From NCBI GenBank assembly GCA_016176335.1, contig JACOXI010000003.1, forward strand, positions 386,477-450,476: a DNA stretch of 64,000 bases, given 5' to 3'. Position numbers and translations under genes: made by a program. A model generated the notes under the pieces. That model ran no database searches. It saw only the letters and a list, made by a program, of their open reading frames with translations, and was not told the origin of the DNA. Source of the stretch: Candidatus Daviesbacteria bacterium. GTDB lineage: Bacteria; Patescibacteriota; Microgenomatia; Daviesbacterales; UBA10151. Positions 51,601-59,015 of this stretch are shown here, piece by piece. Each line of letters opens with the position of its first letter. The stretch's first letter is position 1.

Positions 51601-52101
51601 AGTTACACCCCGGTATTAAATGCTACCTCTGCCAGAATGATTTTTATGTTATCCCCGCAAACGGGATTAAATAATCCCACAGAAGTATTATTAAAAAACA
51701 TCAGCATTAGAAAAGTTTTTCCTTATCAGCTGGTATTGGAGGAGGATAATCCATCTGTAATGCCACTGGGTACTGCCGAAATAAAATCTGTAAAGCTAAA
51801 TCCTACGGAGTACGAGATTAATTTAACAAATCAAAAATTACCGTATATCTTGATTTTTTCAGAAACTTTTCACCCACTTTGGCAAATAACAGATTCTTCC
51901 GGTAATAAAATAGATTTGCCTCATTTTAGCATCAATGGATTTGCAAACGGTTGGTTTGTTGATAAAGAGCTTGCTGACAGAATTAAGGTAAAGTTTATGC
52001 TTCAGAATGCCCTGACACAAGGTATTATTATCGCTGTTATATTTTTTATCTTTTCGTCTATTTTTCTTATCTATTTGGATCAACGAGGAAAAATAAAATG
52101 A
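48634..52101 (+). CDS. Giant (1155 aa) GT-C-like membrane protein with a long extracytoplasmic region and a YfhO/AftD-like C-terminal module
   Basis: The N-terminus has IAGGDIGIPTYAPQ... and there are more than 13 TM. The C-terminus has FHPLWQITDSSGNKIDLPHFSINGFANGWF plus a TM anchor. Paralogous in architecture to ORF 36764. ATGA overlap with the MTase. Confidence 0.55.
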   Translation: MMHILKKFDTKVIFVLFFISLFLVLIWLPNNKIIAGGDIGIPTYAPQKQLEEVTSSWWESHATGISSPVTYTAVPFYLTLSILEKLGMDSGMTQKIIFFTILFGSSLSIYYLGLNFSFNKWTSLIACLFYIFNLTSLSVWQRGVHNAMLMLLLVPLSLLILVWGIKNKKYVSILIINVVSFLLAYVFGALGFLFSLWLLWTVYIAVILFDSWSDKLARRFLLTYFFLLIISWIGSNLWWITNLLQSSNYTLGQFTQGELMSRGSDVLAALKPYHEPSIILRGLSRFYLYVVRDWGEIYSHPLFIMLSWVPTLIIFYTALIRTNYKLTPWRFLIVLTVLVLALSKGVNPPLGELNRIPFDLFQFLAPLRNTYEKVGILLTIPFSLLFALGINQIISIFKAKKMDYLHLPLLVVIVMCLIVLVWPLWLGKLFVSEGRKYAVSIPSYYSQANSWIKSKIEADDTRILHLPLSWGESIDYNWNYTGVEPSQYFFNGSSIGYQIGVPPVDSRIRDILLLIHKQDTLNIQKALVSLNIGWVVVHNETLFRDRILENPERIDAWLATKPPFIEYKTDFGPLSIWRVKDEYRARHFYSSGKLVRRGIPNPTSSLNVWNEINNLNDSFLTEIQKEQSLDKFIFKNTIIPTSKIKYSPLGLIDKETAINDIAKVGFLPDSPLFVLTLFKESLFSFLNQNDRVINCFDLSGKRLKEVVLLKRGRRLEEADKAIKRYENQFKECISVGKDTLSIYLNTPQARDLILSQLIRQKNILENEFDEQSLKEAVNQVKDILNEYLAKLGLAPKYNPVKQNLGKQLIVFDYLINKKGDYSVELKEVDEQLIKNPPQIIQIDNKAVDFSAAEVGVNIIRYPQIRLDEGFHEIQLETGEEKNILTDLYDNKKLHPDPGFTYQKDPESGEGYFRGAPSNAIVSLIFDIPNVSIEDIYEVSFDIYHVGGTAPMFIMTHDTDPTDSHGLIKPAVSRNIDFSTYPSGWRNVKLSYTPVLNATSARMIFMLSPQTGLNNPTEVLLKNISIRKVFPYQLVLEEDNPSVMPLGTAEIKSVKLNPTEYEINLTNQKLPYILIFSETFHPLWQITDSSGNKIDLPHFSINGFANGWFVDKELADRIKVKFMLQNALTQGIIIAVIFFIFSSIFLIYLDQRGKIK

Positions 52102-52406
52102 TTTTAATAGAATCGCTTGTAATTTTATTACCTATGATTGTCTTCTATATACTTGGTGCGCAAAATAAAAATCTGCACCCTGAATTTTTGATTAATTTTA
52201 TCTTCATAGTTTTATTTATTAGTTTGTTTATTTTTAGAAGCGGTAACATTCGTCATATGTATCTTGCCTTTGCACTACTCTTACTGGCAGTTTTTGCCAG
52301 TGTATTTGGACTGAATAATTTTCTCTATATTTCAAGCAGTTTGTCCTTAGGCTTATTAATACTTGGGATTATTAATATGTTGTTGTTTAAAAAAGAGGAG
52401 GCATGA
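52098..52406 (+). CDS. Small (102 aa) hydrophobic membrane protein of unknown function
   Basis: Three to four TM helices; ATGA overlaps on both sides. Confidence 0.4.
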   Translation: MILIESLVILLPMIVFYILGAQNKNLHPEFLINFIFIVLFISLFIFRSGNIRHMYLAFALLLLAVFASVFGLNNFLYISSSLSLGLLILGIINMLLFKKEEA

Positions 52407-54007
52407 GAAAAAATCTAGTTTCAGCAATTGTGGTAACAAGGAATAGAAAGCAAGATTTAATAAGATGTATAGGGTCTTTAAGTCATTCCGAATATAATCA
52501 ACTTGAAATGATTGTAGTTGATAACGCTTCCTTTGCCCCTGTTTCAACTTGGCTAAATAGGCAATACCCAAGAGTCAAAGTCATAACAAGCAATAAAAAT
52601 TTAGGGGCTGCCGGAGGGAGAAATTTAGGTTTTAAATTTGCAAAAGGGGAGACCTTTCTTTTTATGGATGATGATTCTTTAGCGGATAGAACAATGGTCG
52701 GTGAGCTTGCCAAAATACTCAAGGGTAGAAAAGATGTTGGAATTGTTCAGCCAAAAATTTACGACATGGAAAGAAAAAATGTGTTACAGGGAATCGGCTG
52801 TGACATTAATTTGCTCACAGGCAGAGTTTCTGCTGTAGGCATTAGAGAGAAAGATCTTGGACAATACGACAGGCTGATAGAAATTTCTGGAGTGGGCTGT
52901 ATTTGGATGGTCGAAAGAAAAGTAATTGAGAAAATTGGTGGATATGATGAAGACTACTTTATTCCATATGAGGATTTGGATTTTTCATTTAGAGCAAGAA
53001 TGGCTGGCTTTAAGATTTTATTTGTTCCTACTGCAAGAGCCTGGCATAAAGGAATAAAGTCAACGTTTATCAGTCCGCTTATTGATTATATTGGTATTAG
53101 AAATAAAGAAAGGGCATACAGAGTAAGTCGAAACAAGATAATTTTTATGAGAAAAAATGCACCTTTGTTAAATTTTCTAATTTTTATTTTTGTTATTAAT
53201 CCAATATATTTACTCGTTCATTCAATTTTAATTTCCTTAACCGGACGTTTTGACGTATTAGTAAAATACTGGTTGGGTTTTATATCGGGTATATGGTATG
53301 CAGTCAAATATGAAAATCTAATTCTTAAGCTTTACAATGATATAGATAAGCAACTAATAGGGTTCAAATATCATCTGATGGTTTGGACAGATCCTATCTG
53401 TTGGGTGATTGATAAATCCGCAAAGAACATTCTGGATGTTGGAAGCGGACTAGGTATACCGATGGAATTAATAAGAAGGAGAATGAAAGTTCAATATGCA
53501 GTTGGGATAGACAAATTTAGGCCGTATATAGATTATCTAAAAAGTAAGAAAGTACATGATAAGTATATTTTAGGAGATGTAAGAAAAATGAGATTTAGAG
53601 CAAAATCTTTTGATGTAGTTTTTGCATCAGATTTAATTGAACACTTGCCAAAAAAAGATTCATGGAAGTTGATAGAAAATATGGAGAGAATTGCTAAAAG
53701 ACAAGTAATTGTTACGACATCCTTAGGCTACTTTTTTCATCCGGCAGTTGATGGAAACCCACTTCAGTTACATAAATCGGGTTTTCACCCGCAGGAATTT
53801 GAAATAAAGGGATATAAGACTTTTAAGTACGGAAGAAAAGAAATACTCGGAACGAATGGATGGGTGCATACTATTAATTTCGATTCTTTAAAAAAGTTAT
53901 TATTTTTGGTTAATTCTTTATTTTTTCCACTTTTTATAATTTTTCCCAATTTCGGTAATTATTGCTTTATTGCTTACAAAAATACGGAAAATAATAAGTA
54001 TAATTAG
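52403..54007 (+). CDS. Fusion protein: N-terminal GT2 glycosyltransferase, central TM helices, C-terminal class I SAM methyltransferase
   Basis: N-terminus VSAIVVTRNRKQDLIRCIGSL...EMIVVDNAS...FMDDDS. C-terminal domain ILDVGSGLGIPMEL...VFASDLIEHL. Confidence 0.65.
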   Translation: MRKNLVSAIVVTRNRKQDLIRCIGSLSHSEYNQLEMIVVDNASFAPVSTWLNRQYPRVKVITSNKNLGAAGGRNLGFKFAKGETFLFMDDDSLADRTMVGELAKILKGRKDVGIVQPKIYDMERKNVLQGIGCDINLLTGRVSAVGIREKDLGQYDRLIEISGVGCIWMVERKVIEKIGGYDEDYFIPYEDLDFSFRARMAGFKILFVPTARAWHKGIKSTFISPLIDYIGIRNKERAYRVSRNKIIFMRKNAPLLNFLIFIFVINPIYLLVHSILISLTGRFDVLVKYWLGFISGIWYAVKYENLILKLYNDIDKQLIGFKYHLMVWTDPICWVIDKSAKNILDVGSGLGIPMELIRRRMKVQYAVGIDKFRPYIDYLKSKKVHDKYILGDVRKMRFRAKSFDVVFASDLIEHLPKKDSWKLIENMERIAKRQVIVTTSLGYFFHPAVDGNPLQLHKSGFHPQEFEIKGYKTFKYGRKEILGTNGWVHTINFDSLKKLLFLVNSLFFPLFIIFPNFGNYCFIAYKNTENNKYN

Positions 54008-54011
54008 ATTT

Positions 54012-55196
54012 ATGAAAAGGTTGGAAATATTTAAAATTTTTATAGTTTGGAGGGTGGTATTATTTGCAGTGTCAGCTTTGGCAATTCTTTTTATTACTGA
54101 TTTTGGAGTAAGGTTTCCTTATTATAATACGGTATTGGAGCCAACTGGACTACCTTCTTGGGTATGGGGCTTTGGAAATTTCGATGGGGTGCATTATTTA
54201 AGAATTGCTCAAGATAGTTACAGCGCGCAGTATTCGCAGGCTTTCTTTCCTTTGTACCCGTTACTCATAAGAATATTTACGGAAGCGAATATTCTTTTAC
54301 CCAAAGATCCCAATCTTGACACGCGAATTTATGTAGATCCAACCTTTTTCTATAGCGGATTGATACTTTCAAATCTAATTTTACTAATAGCTTTATATTT
54401 TTTTTACAAATTAGTTATCCTCGATTACAAAAAAGAGATTGGCCTAAAATCTATTATATTACTGCTTGCTTTTCCGACTGCTTTTTATTTCGGGTCGATA
54501 TATACCGAATCTTTGTTTTTGCTTCTTGTAGTTGGATTTTTCTATTTAATGAGAAAACAAAATTTTATTGCCGCAGGAGTATTGGCAGGATTAGCCTCCG
54601 CCACCAGAATTTTCGGACTTTTGCTTCTACCTGTGTTTCTTGCCGAACTATACTTAAAAATTAAGAATAAAGAGATATCGTTAAAAAGCGAACAATTTGT
54701 CAAAGCTCTGATTGGGATTTTACTTGCCCCTACGGGTATCCTGCTTTATATGCTTTATCTACGGTTTGAATTTGATAATCCCCTATATTTTTTAACTTCC
54801 CAGCCACTGTTTGGGGCAGAAAGGAGAAATGAAATTATTCTATTGCCGCAAGTTCTGTTCAGGTACATTAAGATTTTTTTAACTGTTTCCCCAATTTCAT
54901 TACCTTTTTTCAATGCTTTTTTAGAATTTTCTTTTACTCTGATAGCTTTAGGTCTATTGTTTGTTTCATTTAAGAAAATTAGATTCAGTTACTTTATATT
55001 CACTTTTGGTAGTTTGCTACTGCCAACACTTACAGGAACCCTCTCTTCGATGCCAAGGTATTCTTTAATGTCGTTTCTTATGCTCCCATTTTTAGTACGG
55101 TTTTCAGGAAGACATTTTAAATTAGTGGTGGTTTCGTTTATACTCTTACAAATGATCCTAGTTGGTCTTTTTACCAGAGGATATTGGGTGGCTTGA
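54012..55196 (+). CDS. PIG-V/GT76-like GT-C mannosyltransferase-family membrane protein
   Basis: FDGVHYLRIAQDSYSAQYSQAFFPLYPLL resembles the WDxxHxLxIAExGY...AFFPLxPL signature of PIG-V-type mannosyltransferases; more than 8 TM. The alternative start at 53970 lies within the previous gene. Confidence 0.5.
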   Translation: MKRLEIFKIFIVWRVVLFAVSALAILFITDFGVRFPYYNTVLEPTGLPSWVWGFGNFDGVHYLRIAQDSYSAQYSQAFFPLYPLLIRIFTEANILLPKDPNLDTRIYVDPTFFYSGLILSNLILLIALYFFYKLVILDYKKEIGLKSIILLLAFPTAFYFGSIYTESLFLLLVVGFFYLMRKQNFIAAGVLAGLASATRIFGLLLLPVFLAELYLKIKNKEISLKSEQFVKALIGILLAPTGILLYMLYLRFEFDNPLYFLTSQPLFGAERRNEIILLPQVLFRYIKIFLTVSPISLPFFNAFLEFSFTLIALGLLFVSFKKIRFSYFIFTFGSLLLPTLTGTLSSMPRYSLMSFLMLPFLVRFSGRHFKLVVVSFILLQMILVGLFTRGYWVA

Positions 55197-55198
55197 AA

Positions 55199-55858
55199 AT
55201 GAAAATATATTTAGTCATACCGGCATATAATGAAGCCAAAAGAATTGACAATTTGCTTGAAAGTCTTAAGGGGGTTAACCTTCCTGTCATTTTGGTTGAT
55301 GACGGATCTTTTGATAAAACTTTTCAGTTGGCAAAAAAATATCCGGTTACTGTTTTGCGGCACAAAGTAAATCTGGGAAAAGGTGCAGCGCTTAAAACCG
55401 GTTGCGAAGCGGCAATTCTGCTAGGTGCTAGTGCTGTAATTTTAATGGATTCTGATGGGCAGCATAAAGCTTCTGATTTGCCTAAGTTTGTTGGAAAAAT
55501 TAGCATGGAAACATATGATGTTGTTTTTGGTTCAAGGAATTTAAATATAGGAGTTCCTTTGGTGCGATATATTGGGAATAAAATAGAATCAGTATTAATC
55601 TCGTTATTATATGGAATCTATATTTCAGATCCGATATGTGGTTTCAGGGCAATGACTAAAAAAGCATACCAAAAAATGAAGTTGGAATCAGCGGGATATG
55701 ATATTGAAACAGAAATGGTGATTAAGACTAAACATTTTGGTTTCAAGTATTGTGAGGTGCCTGTGGAAACTGTATACTATGATAAGTTTAAAGGGGTGAC
55801 AATTTTGGATGCGTTGGGAATATTTACTAATATATTAAAATGGAAAATATTTAAATGA
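55199..55858 (+). CDS. GtrB/Dpm1-like GT2 polyprenol-phosphate sugar synthase
   Basis: IYLVIPAYNEAKRI...VILMDSDGQH...DPICGFRAMTKKAYQ...GYDIETEM. Confidence 0.7.
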   Translation: MKIYLVIPAYNEAKRIDNLLESLKGVNLPVILVDDGSFDKTFQLAKKYPVTVLRHKVNLGKGAALKTGCEAAILLGASAVILMDSDGQHKASDLPKFVGKISMETYDVVFGSRNLNIGVPLVRYIGNKIESVLISLLYGIYISDPICGFRAMTKKAYQKMKLESAGYDIETEMVIKTKHFGFKYCEVPVETVYYDKFKGVTILDALGIFTNILKWKIFK

Positions 55859-56211
55859 TCTTAGGACTACAAGTTATTGCTTTAGTATTTGCATTAGTAA
55901 TGATTTATTTTGCTTACCTTCATTATAGAAGGGGTGAAATCAACGGCTTGGAAATTTTATTTTGGCTTACTGCGTGGATGGGAGCAATATTTATAGCAAT
56001 ATTTCCTGAAGCTTTTCGTGCTTTCTCTGCAACAATTGCAGTTAATAGAGCCTTTGACCTTGCTATGATTGGAGCATTTATATTGGTTATTCCAACTGTT
56101 TATGTTTCATATATCAGAACAAAAAGAATAGAAAAGAAAATAGAAGATTTGGTAAGAAAGGAATCTTTAAAACCTTTGGATGAGCTACAGAAAAACAGAA
56201 AGTCTACCTAA
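55855..56211 (+). CDS. DUF2304-like small membrane protein
   Basis: YLHYRRGEINGLEILFWLTAWMGAIFIAIFPEAF... then a charged C-terminal tail. This pattern accompanies GtrB-like GT2 genes. ATGA overlap upstream. Confidence 0.5.
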   Translation: MILGLQVIALVFALVMIYFAYLHYRRGEINGLEILFWLTAWMGAIFIAIFPEAFRAFSATIAVNRAFDLAMIGAFILVIPTVYVSYIRTKRIEKKIEDLVRKESLKPLDELQKNRKST

Positions 56212-56980
56212 GATTTCAATTGTGATCCCCTCCTATAATAAAGCCTCTTATATAGAGGCTACTTTGAGCTCGATAATAAATCAAGGGTACCCAAATCTGG
56301 AAGTTATTATTCAGGATGGCGGATCAAAAGATGGGACTGCAGAGATAATAAAACGATATGCGAAAAAGTATCCAGAAATTTTTCGATGGTCTTCAAAAAA
56401 GGATAAGGGCCAATTGGATGCAATAAATAAAGGGCTTGAAAAATCAAGCGGTGAAATATTGACATACATTAATGCCGATGATGTTTATAAAGATGGCTCG
56501 TTGTTAGAAATAGGCAGATATTTCCAGAAGAATACAAGTACTCTTTGGGTGACAGGCTATGGAGATATTATAGACAAAGATGGGAAAATTATTTCTCGAT
56601 TTGTGACCAGTTATAAAAATACCCTTCTTGATATTAATAAATTCTTTCTACTTATTATTGTTAATTTTATTACTCAACCTTCAACATTTCTAAGCAGAAA
56701 AGCATATCTGCAATTTGGACCTTTTACAGGTACAAGAAATTATGTAATGGAATATAATTTATGGCTGAAAATAGGAAAGTCTAAGATGCCTTATATAATC
56801 AAAAAAACTTTATCCAGTTTTAGGTTAACTGCTGACAATATTTCTTCTACCTCAGCAAAGGAACTATTAAAAGTGGACAATAAAATTACAAAAAAATATA
56901 CCAACAACGGTTTACTTTTTGCTTTACATAAGCTTCATAATCTTGGTAGAATTTTCATGTTAAAATTTTTAAAAAAATGA
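56180..56980 (+). CDS. GT2-family glycosyltransferase (paralog of ORF 62245)
   Basis: LPKISIVIPSYNKASYIEATLSSIINQGYPNLEVIIQDGGSKDGT...KDKGQLDAINKG...NADDVY. Confidence 0.7.
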   Translation: MSYRKTESLPKISIVIPSYNKASYIEATLSSIINQGYPNLEVIIQDGGSKDGTAEIIKRYAKKYPEIFRWSSKKDKGQLDAINKGLEKSSGEILTYINADDVYKDGSLLEIGRYFQKNTSTLWVTGYGDIIDKDGKIISRFVTSYKNTLLDINKFFLLIIVNFITQPSTFLSRKAYLQFGPFTGTRNYVMEYNLWLKIGKSKMPYIIKKTLSSFRLTADNISSTSAKELLKVDNKITKKYTNNGLLFALHKLHNLGRIFMLKFLKK

Positions 56981-57840
56981 GAAGTAAACAAAATCGGGAG
57001 GTTTTGCAGTTAGAATTAAAAGCCACAGAACTGCGCAAGCAAATTTTAGAGATGATTGTTACAGCTCGTGGAACACATATTGCCAGTGCATTTTCAATAG
57101 TTGAGTTAGTACTGTATCTTTACAAGAACGTTTTACGTATTGACCCAAAAAATCCAAATGAAGAAAAAAGAGATAAATTTGTCCTAAGCAAAGGACATGG
57201 TTGTGCCGCACTGTACGTTGTTTTAGCTGACCTTGGTTTTTTCCCAAAAAAACTCCTCAATACATTTACTTCTTTTGGTAGTATCTTGGGAGGACATCCA
57301 GATAGATCAAAAATACCAGGAGTTGAAGTTTCAACCGGGTCCTTGGGTCATGGGTTTTCTGTAGCGGTCGGATTTGCCCTGGCAAATAAAATGAATCACT
57401 CTAAATATCGGGTTTACTGTCTTGTTGGCGATGAAGAATTAAATGAAGGAAGTAATTGGGAAGCAGCCCAGATAGCAGCACATCACAAATTGGATAATCT
57501 ATCGTTAATAATTGATGAAAACAAGCTTATGATAAGTGGCTTTATGAAGGATATTTTAGATTCCTTTTCACTTAAAGAAAAATTTCGTGCCTTCGGATGG
57601 AACACGATCGAAGTTAATGGGCATAATTTCTCTGATTTAAGCGAAAAATTCAAACTAGCGCCAATTAAAAATGGTAAGCCGATAGTCATGATCGCTGATA
57701 CTATAAAGGGGAAAGGGGTAAGTTTTATGGAAAATAAAAAAGAGTGGTATAGTGTTCTTCCAGACGAAGAACAAATGGATGTAGCAGTAGAAGAGTTAAA
57801 CAGCAATATTGAAAAGCTAAGAGAACAGCTGGAAATATAA
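56977..57840 (+). CDS. Transketolase, N-terminal (TPP-binding) subunit
   Basis: SKGHGCAALYVVLADLGFF...GSLGHGFSVAVGFALA...CLVGDEELNEGSNWEAAQIAAHHKLDNLSLIIDENK. ATGA overlap with the GT2 upstream. Confidence 0.85.
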   Translation: MRSKQNREVLQLELKATELRKQILEMIVTARGTHIASAFSIVELVLYLYKNVLRIDPKNPNEEKRDKFVLSKGHGCAALYVVLADLGFFPKKLLNTFTSFGSILGGHPDRSKIPGVEVSTGSLGHGFSVAVGFALANKMNHSKYRVYCLVGDEELNEGSNWEAAQIAAHHKLDNLSLIIDENKLMISGFMKDILDSFSLKEKFRAFGWNTIEVNGHNFSDLSEKFKLAPIKNGKPIVMIADTIKGKGVSFMENKKEWYSVLPDEEQMDVAVEELNSNIEKLREQLEI

Positions 57841-57870
57841 GCAAAGTTTGAATTTTAATGGATTAAAATT

Positions 57871-58794
57871 ATGAGAGATTCATATGTAAGTGCCATATAC
57901 AATGCAACTAAAATCAACAGTAATGTACTTTGTATTGTTGGTGATATCGGCTCTTTTCTGCTCCGACATTATATTGAAGACTTTCCTGCAAATTATCTTA
58001 ATCTAGGGGCGGCTGAAGCCAACATGGTAGGAGTAGCTGCTGGGCTTGCCATGTCTGGAAAAATTCCCTTTGTATATACAATAACTCCGTTTATTACAGC
58101 TAGATGTTATGAACAGATCAAGCTTGATGTTTGCCATAATAGGGCAAACGTAAAACTTGTTGGAGTTGGAAGTGGCGTTTCCTATGGAACAATGGGATCG
58201 ACCCATCATTCTCTCGAAGACATTGCAATTATGAGAGTTCTTCCAAACATGACAATTTTTTCTCCCTCGAATAAGCAGGAGGTTGAAGAGGCGGTATTTG
58301 CTGCCATGAAACTCAAAGATCCTGTGTACATAAGGTTAACGTTGACTGCGAATTCGACTGATAAATATAGAGGTAAGTTTGAAATTGGAAAGGCTCGCAT
58401 TGTTCGAAAAGGACAAAATGCTGCAATTATGGCCACCGGCGATATGGTAAGCATTGCAATTAATGCGGCGAAAGCTCTAGAAAAAAATAATATTAATTGT
58501 TTTGTAATTGACTTTCCTACTTTAAAGCCGATCGATGAGTCTTTAATAAAGAAGTTATCTGAAAAGTGCAAGGCAATTATTTCTATAGAAGAGCACAGTG
58601 TAGTTGGGGGATTAGGCAGTACCATTGGTTCTGTACTATCGCAGTATCCAAATAACAAGACTTGCTTCAAAATACTTGGATTTAATGATGTTTTCTGTGG
58701 CGAATACTCCAGCGATAAATTAAAGTTATTTGAAGAATATGGTCTTTCAACAAGAAACCTCGTAAAAACAATGCTTGACCTTTTCAATTCATGA
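57871..58794 (+). CDS. Transketolase, C-terminal (pyrimidine-binding) subunit
   Basis: LGAAEANMVGVAAGLAMSGKIPFVYTITPFI...YGTMGSTHHSLEDIAIMRVLPNMTIFSPSN. Confidence 0.85.
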   Translation: MRDSYVSAIYNATKINSNVLCIVGDIGSFLLRHYIEDFPANYLNLGAAEANMVGVAAGLAMSGKIPFVYTITPFITARCYEQIKLDVCHNRANVKLVGVGSGVSYGTMGSTHHSLEDIAIMRVLPNMTIFSPSNKQEVEEAVFAAMKLKDPVYIRLTLTANSTDKYRGKFEIGKARIVRKGQNAAIMATGDMVSIAINAAKALEKNNINCFVIDFPTLKPIDESLIKKLSEKCKAIISIEEHSVVGGLGSTIGSVLSQYPNNKTCFKILGFNDVFCGEYSSDKLKLFEEYGLSTRNLVKTMLDLFNS

Positions 58795-58911
58795 AGCAAT
58801 TAATAAATCCAATTTCAAAAATTATTATCAAAGACTCGAAAAAGGTTTTAAATAGATCTGACTTCTCAACCTTTAAAAATAAGTCAATTTTTGAGTACCA
58901 GTGATGTATAC

Positions 58912-59015
58912 TTGGATTTGACAAAGATTAGAAAGGAATTCAATAAACGTCATTTTGTTCCGTTAGAGGAAGGATTAAGAACTACGATTACTTGGCAAAA
59001 AAAATTATATGTCTA
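58912..59015 (+). pseudogene. Probable remnant of the C-terminus of an SDR sugar epimerase/dehydratase (LDLTKIRKEFNKRHFVPLEEGLRTTITWQKKLYV*)
   Basis: Translating this 215-bp gap gives a terminal ~33 aa matching the D.(S/T)K....LG(W/F).P...LEEGL..T..W tail of extended SDR epimerases. There is no matching start or N-terminal domain upstream. Confidence 0.3.

Noticed and set aside
55855-56211. Calling ORF 55855 a GtrA-family flippase because it follows a GtrB-like GT2.
   Set aside because: It lacks the GtrA C-terminal N-R-x-W-x-F-type signature and four-helix arrangement. Its pattern (basic patch after TM1, ...W...A..fP) fits DUF2304 better, so it is reported as DUF2304-like with moderate confidence.
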